Both the position numbers and the translations under genes were made by a program. From NCBI GenBank assembly GCA_048884785.1, contig JBHLQM010000009.1, positions 6,279 through 70,278 on the forward strand: DNA of 64,000 nt. The letters are read 5' to 3'. A model generated the notes under the pieces. It saw only the letters and a list, made by a program, of their open reading frames with translations, did no database searches and was not told the origin of the DNA. This DNA comes from Candidatus Thorarchaeota archaeon (GTDB taxonomy: Archaea > Asgardarchaeota > Thorarchaeia > Thorarchaeales > Thorarchaeaceae). This document shows, piece after piece, positions 1-8,323 of this stretch (positions are counted from its first letter, which is position 1; each line of letters starts with the position of its first letter).

Positions 1-137
1 GTGGAAATGCACAATAGATATAGTGAATCACGAAGCCAATAGCACCCTCCTATCCGATCTCTCTTGGTTCAACATCTCTTTCCAGTTTGAAGGAAACGGA
101 ACGGATGCCATCATTGTGTATTTCAACCAAAGCAGGG

Positions 138-171
138 GAGGTCGTGTGTTCGAATCCCAGCCGGTCCACCA
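138..171 (+). repeat. tRNA 3'-half-like fragment, copy A (variable-loop-like GAGGTCGTGTG, then TTCGAAT-CCCAG-CCGGTCC-A-CCA)
   Basis: 149-171 is identical (23/23 nt) to 970-992. It has a T-loop consensus TTCGAAT and an encoded CCA. The 5' T-stem strand does not pair and no matching acceptor 5' strand lies upstream. Confidence 0.5.
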
Positions 172-322
172 TCTCATTCTAAACTGAATACAAGACAATA
201 GCTGTGGTCATATCCGTGATTCTGTGGACTATCCCTTCTCACTATCTCCTCCTCCTGGCACTCAAGCACCATTTGCGGGGAAGATTTCCCTTTTATGGTG
301 ATTTCATCATCTGCTGTGCACT

Positions 323-808
323 ATGACAAACGTTGAGGCAGAGGAAAGAAAGAAGACAATTCAGACTTTCAAGAACTGCGAGATTCGTCACGCTCGGGAT
401 AAGGCAGCTATCCTAGGTGCACTAGAGAAGCGATTTGGCTCAGAGGTAAGAGAAATCTTCGCCGAGGAGAGATCAAAGATAATCTGTGAAGCCTGGAGAA
501 AGATTGCTGAAAAGTCTAAAGGTGAAACACCAGCCGATCTCATTAGGGTGATGTGGGAGCCTGTCAAGGACATATTTCCATACGAGATTGAAAGAGAGGA
601 AGAAGGGGAAATCCAGCTCAGGGTTTCAGGATGCATATACTACGACGTTGCAAAGGAAGTCGGCATCGAAGGCACTTGGGGTTACGACTTGTTTTGTGGG
701 GATGATCCATACATTGTGGCGGGATTCAATCCGAAGATGAAGTTCGAACGAACCAAGACGTTGATGGAAGGAGATGGCTATTGTGATCACTGCTACACTT
801 TGAAGTGA
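323..808 (+). CDS. ATC-hydrolase-like protein (L-2-amino-thiazoline-4-carboxylate hydrolase-like family), putative
   Basis: 161-aa ORF. The C-terminal LMEGDGYCDHCY motif and the size resemble this family. By-eye call only. Confidence 0.4.
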   Translation: MTNVEAEERKKTIQTFKNCEIRHARDKAAILGALEKRFGSEVREIFAEERSKIICEAWRKIAEKSKGETPADLIRVMWEPVKDIFPYEIEREEEGEIQLRVSGCIYYDVAKEVGIEGTWGYDLFCGDDPYIVAGFNPKMKFERTKTLMEGDGYCDHCYTLK

Positions 809-921
809 GCAGAGAAAGAATTGAGGATTGTAGGGGTTGGAAGACCCTTCGGATACTGTTATTCGCCAACAAACGGATCACTAATCGAGTCTTCTTTCAA
901 GGATTAACTTGACTTCCAAAA

Positions 922-992
922 TGGAAGAGGTCGCGTGACTCCGTGCAACTCGTTTTTGTGGGGTACGAATTCGAATCCCAGCCGGTCCACCA
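922..992 (+). repeat. tRNA 3'-half-like fragment, copy B, with a 32-nt insert before the T-loop
   Basis: TGGAAGAGGTCGCGTG (922-937) is identical to 5381-5396. TTCGAATCCCAGCCGGTCCACCA (970-992) is identical to 149-171. The 32 nt between them sit at the same position as the intron in tRNA-Val at 29810-29841. Confidence 0.5.
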
Positions 993-996
993 CCAA

Positions 997-1434
997 TTAA
1001 TACTCCTTTCTGAAGGCGGAATCCATTATTTTCCTCCCCTCTTTCAGACAGCAATTCCTGCAATTTGCCCGTTTCGCTGCAACAATCCCATATCCTACAT
1101 GTGCAGTTCCCTTCGAATCTTGGTTTATCGAAACCACTCTTCCGCATGAGGTGAGATACAGATCTCGTTCAATTCCCTTACTCCAACCTCTGGCAGAGTG
1201 TATTGGCTCATCTTCTTTAGTAAGAAAGACTTGGGTCAATCGAACCTCTAAACCAAGTCCAAACTTTAAACCAAGTCCAGCCAGAATGAATCCAAGTCCA
1301 ACCAGAAAGGGGATCGGAGATGGAATATAGAGGCTTCCGGTCAAAAGGATACGTGCAGAAACAGGAATGAGGAAAAACAGTACGCCTGCGAAAACAAGTA
1401 GTCCTCCAATTAGGCTATAGAAATTCTCATCCAT
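997..1434 (-). CDS. small membrane protein, paralog of 7189-7572 (2 TM helices plus a conserved Cys/His C-terminal domain)
   Basis: Hydrophobic N-terminus. C-terminal EPIHSA..W.KG...L..T.C.R.VSI....GTAHVGY.IV.A..A.C..C is shared with the ORF at 7189. Confidence 0.6.
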   Translation of the reverse strand: MDENFYSLIGGLLVFAGVLFFLIPVSARILLTGSLYIPSPIPFLVGLGFILAGLGLKFGLGLEVRLTQVFLTKEDEPIHSARGWSKGIERDLYLTSCGRVVSINQDSKGTAHVGYGIVAAKRANCRNCCLKEGRKIMDSAFRKEY

Positions 1435-1563
1435 TTATACTTCTCCCCGTCATAATATAGTATCCATCGCACTTCATCTTTTCGCCGTCTGGCATCAGCT
1501 TTTTCACAAAGTTGTTTATCCCGAATCTTCACATCAAGCCTATATACAGGCTCTGACATCATC
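1410..1563 (-). CDS. hypothetical small protein (about 50 aa, start at the MMSEPVYRL methionines)
   Basis: Distal part of the 128-aa ORF. The longer form would overlap the OYE-family gene on the other strand. It overlaps the downstream membrane-protein start by 25 nt. No recognisable family. Confidence 0.25.
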
Positions 1564-1647
1564 TTGTAAGCAACCCCCTCATACTCGGGAAAAAGAGCTG
1601 ACACGCTTAGTTTCGAGTAGTGGTGTAAAAGATAATGAGACGGTTTT

Positions 1648-2775
1648 ATGGTAGACTGGGAAACTTGGGAAGGCGTTGTGCTTCGGAAACTCGAATTGCC
1701 AAATGGAAAGGTAGCATCCAATCGGATCATGCGGGCCGCTACTTGGATGGGACAGGCTGATGCAAATGGGATTTGTGGAAACCAGATCATCGACACATAT
1801 GGAAAGATCAGAGCTGGTATCGTAGTGACTGACTTTCAGTATGTGATGTATGAGGGACAGTCCATTCGACGGATGATTTCAAACTCAAAGCCTGCTGATG
1901 TTGAGGGTCTTAAACGTCTAGCTGACATTATTCATTCTAAAGGTAATCTAGCAGCGGCTCAATTGGTTCATTGTGGGGCCAAGAGTTATCCAAAATATGC
2001 AGGCATTGATGTGGTATTTGGACCCAGTGATATGGAAGTCCCACACCCGCGGGGTGAGATTGTTCGTGTGCAGGCAATGACTGTGGAGCATATTGAGAGA
2101 GTTACCCAGGCCTATGCAGATGCAGCGAAACGTGCAGTTGAGGCAGGATTTGATATCATTGAGCTTCATGGAGCTCATCATTATGGGCTCTGGGAATTCT
2201 TTGACCCAACATACAATCAGCGTCCAGAAAGTGATCCTTACACTGGTACTACAATCGAAGGCCGCTGTAAGGCAATGGTTGATGCCGTAAGAGCAGTCAA
2301 AAATGCGGTCGACATTCCAATCCAAGTGAAGGTGGATTCAAGGTCTAAATCAGTCAGTCCTCAGGAAGTTGGTGAATTGACAAAGAAACTGGCTGAAGCA
2401 GGAGCATATTGTGTGATTTTCAGTGGACCCAACCCAAGCCAAGATCCAAAGGACGTAGGTGAGGCATACTTCCTGGACGATGCAATGGCTATCCGTTCCA
2501 TTGCACATGATACAGGTCTCATGTTTGGATTGGTGGGTGGTATCCGGTCTCCAGAAACTGTAGTCAAGCTACTATCAGGAGATGGAAATCCTGCAAATGC
2601 GTTCGATGTAATTCAGCTGAGCCGCCCATTAATTAGTGAGCCTGCACTTCTAGACCGGTGGAAGGAAGAGGCGAAAAAGAACAAACAAGAGCCTGCGCGA
2701 TGCATATCCTGCAATAATTGTCTTTGGAATGGCTTTATAGAGCATGTGAGATGCGTTCAGTTTGAAGACGATTAA
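1648..2775 (+). CDS. NADH:flavin oxidoreductase, Old Yellow Enzyme family (TIM barrel)
   Basis: N-terminal LELPNGKVASNRIMRAA, QLVHCGAKS, and IELHGAHHYGLWEFFDP..N.R motifs are typical of OYE/NADH oxidase family proteins. Confidence 0.7.
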   Translation: MVDWETWEGVVLRKLELPNGKVASNRIMRAATWMGQADANGICGNQIIDTYGKIRAGIVVTDFQYVMYEGQSIRRMISNSKPADVEGLKRLADIIHSKGNLAAAQLVHCGAKSYPKYAGIDVVFGPSDMEVPHPRGEIVRVQAMTVEHIERVTQAYADAAKRAVEAGFDIIELHGAHHYGLWEFFDPTYNQRPESDPYTGTTIEGRCKAMVDAVRAVKNAVDIPIQVKVDSRSKSVSPQEVGELTKKLAEAGAYCVIFSGPNPSQDPKDVGEAYFLDDAMAIRSIAHDTGLMFGLVGGIRSPETVVKLLSGDGNPANAFDVIQLSRPLISEPALLDRWKEEAKKNKQEPARCISCNNCLWNGFIEHVRCVQFEDD

Positions 2776-2926
2776 TGTTGAGGATTAATGACCTGACTCT
2801 TCGGTCCCTGCAGACCCGAGAAGCATTTTTCGGATCCCATTAATCCACACCATCCATTATGAAGAACTTGTTCTGGGAACGCAAAAGAGATTAACACTCA
2901 GAATAAAGTATAGTGGGGGATACGTT

Positions 2927-3964
2927 TTGGCAAATCATCTACCGCCAAAAATAGTGAAGAGAAGGATTGCCATGGCTGCCTTCTTGGTTGTAGTGATTAT
3001 CTCTTCAGGTATTGTAGTATTTGGCGTTCTCTCAACATTGTATAATGAATCTCATGAAGCTCCGCTTCCGGGAATTCCTATAGAGAATACGGTTTTTGCA
3101 GGGCTAGCGAATGCCGCTGGAGATCCCGCATTTTTGCCTGCAGGACCGCTGATATCAAACTATGATAGTGTTACAATGAATATAACCGAGGCAATCGACC
3201 AACCGATAATCTCTCAAGAGGAAGCAGAACAGATTGGGGCCAACAGCTTCTCCCAATTTCCATATATGTCAGGTGTTACCTTGGAGCCGGATCATTTCTG
3301 GAACGAGCTACGTGATAATCCCTACTACTCGCTTCGGTATTTCGTTGGGCAGTATGAGTTCTATGCAGGTGTAAACGCCTTGACTGGACGAGTAATCGTA
3401 GTTTCACCTCACTGGTCGGTTCTCATGCAATATAATACCAGTACTGAATCAGAAGTGTTGTCCGTAGAGGAGATCCAGGAGTGCGCATACGAGTTCTTGG
3501 AGTGGAATAACTACAGCCTTTCAAGCACTGCAAGAGTTGAAACTCCTGTCATAGAGAAGGATACAATACTTACCAACTTTCCTGCATATCACTTGAAATT
3601 CTACTGTTCAGTCAATGGATGTCTTATTCCTAGCAACTACCTATCCATGCTTCTCAGTATTAAAACAGGTGTCGTGATGAGATTCATATATCACTGGAGA
3701 AATATAACGCACATCCCAGTCGAAAATGTAGTTCCTGCTTTGAACGCAGAAAATGTGGCCCGGGCGCACCTGAGTCAGAATCTTCAAGCCAGTAATTTCA
3801 CTATCATCTCCAGTAGTCTTCAATTTCGTAAAGTCACTACATGGCCTATTCTGAAGTTGCAATTGTGCTGGCTGATAGATATTCGTCACGAATTATACGG
3901 TCCCATTGTAATCAATGCTCTCAACCTAGAAGTACTTCAAGTCGGTCAAAAGGTGAATTGGTGA
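2927..3964 (+). CDS. membrane-anchored extracellular protein, possibly with PepSY-like modules
   Basis: N-terminal TM helix (AAFLVVVIISSGIVVFGVL). YEFYAGVNALTGRVIVV resembles the PepSY signature. Starts at TTG, with an alternative ATG at 2972. Confidence 0.4.
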   Translation: MANHLPPKIVKRRIAMAAFLVVVIISSGIVVFGVLSTLYNESHEAPLPGIPIENTVFAGLANAAGDPAFLPAGPLISNYDSVTMNITEAIDQPIISQEEAEQIGANSFSQFPYMSGVTLEPDHFWNELRDNPYYSLRYFVGQYEFYAGVNALTGRVIVVSPHWSVLMQYNTSTESEVLSVEEIQECAYEFLEWNNYSLSSTARVETPVIEKDTILTNFPAYHLKFYCSVNGCLIPSNYLSMLLSIKTGVVMRFIYHWRNITHIPVENVVPALNAENVARAHLSQNLQASNFTIISSSLQFRKVTTWPILKLQLCWLIDIRHELYGPIVINALNLEVLQVGQKVNW

Positions 3965-4016
3965 ATTACTGGCAGCATCCTCACGAAACTCCCAAAAAAG
4001 CAAGTCACGATAATTC

Positions 4017-5306
4017 TTAGAGTAACTCAGTCACGTGTCCTCGATTTTTGCTTAGAATTGGGTCGTCTGCTTTTAGAAGCACAAAGAAGGCTACGATGAG
4101 GATAACAGAAGCCGCTATAAATGGGACCATCCCAATAAGGCCTGAATGGGAAGCCCCGGGTACAGGAGTGGCAGTCACATCAGCCAGATAACCAAGTAGT
4201 ATGGGTCCAACCACAAAACCCGCATCACTAATTGTGCGATAGAGTCCCATGGATATCTCGAGCTTGTCTTTTGGCGAAAGATCTGTTATGTATGCGGCAC
4301 TAGGACCGGATAGACCAATCACAGCGCCATAGATTGCCATTGTGATTCCCAATGTTGGCATATCTGACGAGAATGGGATTAGTAGAATAATAACGGCAGA
4401 TAGGACAAGGCACAAGGCAAGGGGAATCTTCCTTCCGATTCTGTCTGAAATGCTTCCCATAGGCACAATAGTAATTGCAGTTGTTATACCTGCAAATGTG
4501 AGAATCAACCCAACAGAACTCGGGCCAAGACCAAGGTTGTTGGTTGCAAATAGCGGTACCAGTGTAGTTCTCACACCTGTGCGCAAGAAGAATGTCGTGA
4601 AGATTGCGAATGTTGCAAGGAGAAATGAAGGGGCTATCAGAACCTGTTTCATATCATGGAAGATTTCCTTGGGTTTTAGGATGGAAGATGTGTTTCCAGA
4701 GTTTGATAGTTTTGGCAAAACCAGAGTAGGAATGACACCTAATCCAGTGATTATTGCGTACGCAAAGAACGGCGCACGTATATCATAGGCATCTGCAATC
4801 ACTCCTCCAAATGTGGGTCCAAAGATGGCTCCAAGAAGTAGCATGCCCATATACATGCTCATGTACTTTCCTCTCTTTTCCTCGCCGGAAATCTGAGCAA
4901 GAAAGACTGTAGCTGTGGTCACGTAAAGGGCTGAACCTGCACCTTCAATCATCCTGGCAATTATCAAGACGGGATAATTGGGAGCCGCCCCTGCGAGAAT
5001 AGAAGATGTCGAGATTAGAAGCAAGCCTGAAACCATTATTCTCTTCTTGTCTACTTTTCTGGAAAGAAGACCGGCTGGTATATCCAGAACCATTCTAGTT
5101 ACCGCAAATGATGAAACTACGAATCCAACAAGGGTGTATGAAACCTGAAAGCTTTCTGCGTATGTAGGTAGAATCGGAGCAACCATGCTCAAACCAAGCA
5201 GTACTAGGAAAGTCACTAGGGATAGGTTCAGTACTGTTGGAACGTTTCCCTCGTAATCCACATTTGATGGAGTATGACTATCCAGTTCGTGGCTCTCTTC
5301 AGACAA
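4017..5306 (-). CDS. MFS transporter (drug-efflux-type architecture)
   Basis: 429 aa with about 12 hydrophobic segments. Loop 2-3 motif DIPAGLLSRKVDKKRIM is typical of MFS. Confidence 0.75.
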   Translation of the reverse strand: MSEESHELDSHTPSNVDYEGNVPTVLNLSLVTFLVLLGLSMVAPILPTYAESFQVSYTLVGFVVSSFAVTRMVLDIPAGLLSRKVDKKRIMVSGLLLISTSSILAGAAPNYPVLIIARMIEGAGSALYVTTATVFLAQISGEEKRGKYMSMYMGMLLLGAIFGPTFGGVIADAYDIRAPFFAYAIITGLGVIPTLVLPKLSNSGNTSSILKPKEIFHDMKQVLIAPSFLLATFAIFTTFFLRTGVRTTLVPLFATNNLGLGPSSVGLILTFAGITTAITIVPMGSISDRIGRKIPLALCLVLSAVIILLIPFSSDMPTLGITMAIYGAVIGLSGPSAAYITDLSPKDKLEISMGLYRTISDAGFVVGPILLGYLADVTATPVPGASHSGLIGMVPFIAASVILIVAFFVLLKADDPILSKNRGHVTELL

Positions 5307-5380
5307 CTACTGACAACCTTCCAGAATGAAGAGCAATATCCTCCATTTAAATAACTTTGAGTTGCCTATTCCTACCGAAG

Positions 5381-5396
5381 TGGAAGAGGTCGCGTG
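5381..5396 (+). repeat. tRNA 3'-half-like fragment, copy C (TGGAAGAGGTCGCGTG followed by a degenerate T-arm TTTAAAC-CACGA)
   Basis: 16/16 nt identical to 922-937. Lies in the intergenic region between the MFS gene and the LVIVD gene. Confidence 0.4.
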
Positions 5397-5513
5397 TTTA
5401 AACCACGATCGTTTTACACCATTTCGTCGAATTGTGGCAAACTTATTTCGCGTGGTACCATCTCGAGAACCTATTGCGCCAAAGTTTTCACTTTTATTCC
5501 TCTGCAAGTCAAT

Positions 5514-6563
5514 ATGCTTTGTGATGATATGGTACTAAGTCGAAGGAATCGGATGTTTGCTGCAATTATACTGACATCTCTTGTGATAGGAATCACATTC
5601 ACCTTCGTTTATTTCTTGAACTTCGCAAACCCAGCAGAACTGGAGCCGCCAGGAGAGAATCCCCTTGTTTTAGATTTCAATTTGATCGCAGAAGTTGATA
5701 CGGGATCTTTTGCATTGAGTGTACATGTAGACGGAGATACTGCATTCGTTCTTGATACCGACGAAACTGGCACATTAGGGTTAGTCATTGTGGATATCAG
5801 TAATCCCTACCTGCCTGAAATCTTAGGAACATATCACAATGGAGGGCTTCCTTTCAATTTAGAGTCCAAGGGTGACATAGTATACATCGCAGACCAAGAA
5901 GAAGGACTTAGAATTATAGATATCTCAAACCCTGCCCAACCTGTAGAACTCGAGGGATACTCAGGCAGCGGAATGGCATTCGATGTGAAAATAGTTGGGA
6001 ATTATCTGTACTTTGCTGATTACGAATATGGAATGGTTGTGTTGGACATCAGTAATCCTAGCACGCCGGTTTATGTCACAAACTATGAGACTGGGTGTGT
6101 GCATTTAGAAATTGAGGATGATATTGCATATATTGCAGGTCATGGGAATCTGGTTTTACTCGATGTCAGTGATCCCACCCAGCCCACTTTCATAGGCGGA
6201 ACTCCAGAAAGTAGCACTACGCTTTGGGACCCCTCAGTATCTAATAATACAATCTACCTTGCCAATCACAGTGGAGATGATGGCGAGTTGATGATATTTG
6301 ATGCAAGTGACCCGTCTAATATTGAAATGACTGGTGAGTTTGATTCAGAAGGTACATTCCAATCATTCTACGTACAAGATTCTCTGCTGTATGCAGTTGA
6401 CTTTGTAGCTGGACTGTATCTATTGGATGTGCGCAATTCAGCCACTCCTGTTGAGATTACTAGATTCTCGGATGGACAACCTTGGGATGTTACACTAAGT
6501 GATGGTTTAGTTTATCTCGTTGGTTCGGAAGGCCTACAAATCCTTCAGATCGTTTCAGCCTGA
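5514..6563 (+). CDS. LVIVD-repeat beta-propeller protein with an N-terminal membrane anchor
   Basis: Six or more repeats of the G(L/M)x(I/V)(I/L)D(I/V)S(N/D)P..P type (GLVIVDISNPYLP, GLRIIDISNPAQP, GMVVLDISNPSTP, LVLLDVSDPTQP and others). TM helix near the N-terminus. Start chosen at an internal ATG of the 5394 ORF. Confidence 0.7.
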   Translation: MLCDDMVLSRRNRMFAAIILTSLVIGITFTFVYFLNFANPAELEPPGENPLVLDFNLIAEVDTGSFALSVHVDGDTAFVLDTDETGTLGLVIVDISNPYLPEILGTYHNGGLPFNLESKGDIVYIADQEEGLRIIDISNPAQPVELEGYSGSGMAFDVKIVGNYLYFADYEYGMVVLDISNPSTPVYVTNYETGCVHLEIEDDIAYIAGHGNLVLLDVSDPTQPTFIGGTPESSTTLWDPSVSNNTIYLANHSGDDGELMIFDASDPSNIEMTGEFDSEGTFQSFYVQDSLLYAVDFVAGLYLLDVRNSATPVEITRFSDGQPWDVTLSDGLVYLVGSEGLQILQIVSA

Positions 6564-6607
6564 TTCCTGGCTTTGAGCCTATGATTTGCTTTCTAGATTC
6601 ATCGTTT

Positions 6608-7090
6608 CTATTCAAAGACTAGCTCATACAACTCCATATCTAGGCCCCACAGATGCTTCCTGAGGTGTCCGCATTTCCTAAACCCATATTTCTTGTAGAG
6701 TGCTATTGCTTCTTTTAGAAATGGAACTGTATCTAGCCAGACTTTGGACGCATTCTTTAATCGAGCATTCTCAATTACTGCTTCAACAAGTGCTCGTCCG
6801 ATGCCGTGATTTCTCTGTTCTTTAGCAATAGCTAGATGAGTTAGACAACACGTGCCATGCCTGAAGCTGCATCCAACAACCCCAGTGATTCCATCTGCAA
6901 CCTCTGTAACAAAATACGTATCTTCTCTCATCCACTCAACAACCCCTTTCGTTGAAGGGGTCCTAGATTCGAGCAGTTCTGGAGGGAATCTGTCGGCATA
7001 ATCTTTCCACACACTTCTATACAGCTCGGAGATATCTGATGCATCCTTGGTATCCGCGATTCTAATGACAAAGCCTGACATCGGAAACAC
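6608..7090 (-). CDS. GNAT family N-acetyltransferase
   Basis: Acetyl-CoA binding motif AKEQRNHGIGRALVEAV and C-terminal YKKYGF. Confidence 0.75.
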   Translation of the reverse strand: MFPMSGFVIRIADTKDASDISELYRSVWKDYADRFPPELLESRTPSTKGVVEWMREDTYFVTEVADGITGVVGCSFRHGTCCLTHLAIAKEQRNHGIGRALVEAVIENARLKNASKVWLDTVPFLKEAIALYKKYGFRKCGHLRKHLWGLDMELYELVFE

Positions 7091-7188
7091 CTCGACGGGT
7101 CTGTCGACATCTTCGAATATTAAGAAGAGTATTCTTAGGACAGAATAAGGCTCCTACAAAACTCAAAATCCTCGCTCAGTTCTAATCC

Positions 7189-7572
7189 TTACACTTCTTC
7201 TGCGATCGCCTTTCTTTCTTTTTCTTTGCATTCATTACATGTGGCGTGCTCAGCTGTAACAATTCTATATCCGACATGTGCAGTGCCAATTGAGAGCGAA
7301 TCTATGGATACCAACCGTTCACATCTTGTGATGAACAATCCTGGTTCAGGTCCTTTTTTCCAAACGAATGCTGAGTGAATAGGCTCTCCTGCCTTGGTTA
7401 CAAATAGATGAGGCTCCCTGTGTCTTCTATAGTTGGCAATTCCTGCAATAGCCACAACGAATCCAAGAAATAGATTCCAATAAACCAGAGGGTAAAAGGG
7501 GGTAGCTAGTAGTAATAATATCCCGATTAAGACTAGTATTTTTCCGAGAGAACGAAGATCAAAATCATCCAT
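7189..7572 (-). CDS. small membrane protein, paralog of 997-1434
   Basis: Same architecture and about half of the C-terminal residues identical to 997-1434. Start placed at MDDFDL by analogy with MDENFY, which removes the overlap with the nitroreductase gene. Confidence 0.6.
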   Translation of the reverse strand: MDDFDLRSLGKILVLIGILLLLATPFYPLVYWNLFLGFVVAIAGIANYRRHREPHLFVTKAGEPIHSAFVWKKGPEPGLFITRCERLVSIDSLSIGTAHVGYRIVTAEHATCNECKEKERKAIAEEV

Positions 7573-7594
7573 GGATATTCTGTGAAATCTCAAT

Positions 7595-8242
7595 TTATCT
7601 CCAGTGCAATCCATAGACTTCAGAGAAAGCAATCTGCTGTATCATCTTCGTTGAACGAGGAGAAGGTATTTCATCTGCAACTCCAAGAGTGATTAATGCA
7701 ACTATATCCACGTTATCTGGTATTCTTAATGCCGCTTTGACATCAAGGATACTTTCTTTGTGCCGAGAATCAAGCATTGCAACCCAGCATGATCCGTATC
7801 CCAATGCGGTTGCTGCTAGAACTACATGCTCTGCTGCAATCATTGTATCCTGAACATACCACATCGATGCGTTTCCTGGGCAACATGATGCGCCACGATT
7901 AGCTAATGCCATGATGACTGCTTTTGCATCTGAAATGAATCGCTGTCGACCTGCAACTTCGCTGAGTAATTTGATTGTTTCAGGTTCTTTAATTACAAGG
8001 AACTGCCATGGCTGTGTGTTATTGGTCGAGGGAGCCAATTGTGCAGCTTCAATCATACGTGTGATATCCTCATCAGGGATTTCAATATCCTTGTATTTCC
8101 TGATACTCCTCCTTTTTTGAACAACTTCAAAGAAATCGGATGACTTGTTTTGCAAACTCTCTGAAATTTCTGGCACCGTGAATGTTCTCTCGCCCATAGA
8201 CACCACCAATATTATCTGACGCCCAATATATCTGACATCCAA
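7595..8242 (-). CDS. nitroreductase family protein
   Basis: RRSIRKY..ipdedi..ieaa.lAPS..N.QPW.F signature (VVQKRRSIRKYKDIEIPDEDITRMIEAAQLAPSTNNTQPWQFLVI). Confidence 0.75.
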   Translation of the reverse strand: MDVRYIGRQIILVVSMGERTFTVPEISESLQNKSSDFFEVVQKRRSIRKYKDIEIPDEDITRMIEAAQLAPSTNNTQPWQFLVIKEPETIKLLSEVAGRQRFISDAKAVIMALANRGASCCPGNASMWYVQDTMIAAEHVVLAATALGYGSCWVAMLDSRHKESILDVKAALRIPDNVDIVALITLGVADEIPSPRSTKMIQQIAFSEVYGLHWR

Positions 8243-8323
8243 TATATAAACGTAAAGAACACAGCAAGTCCAATACTTCCTACGCTGGAAAACTGAAAAA
8301 GGGGGTCCGATAATATTGAAGCT

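Noticed and set aside
98-171. 74-nt stretch ending in CCA that could be a complete tRNA (acceptor-like GGAACGG upstream of fragment A)
   Set aside because: No D-arm, anticodon arm or T-stem pairing can be drawn. Only the 3' 23 nt are tRNA-like.
1-322. Possible gene fragment at the window start (frame 1 is open to a TAG at 40-42)
   Set aside because: It is too short to evaluate and has no recognisable motif, so it is left unannotated.
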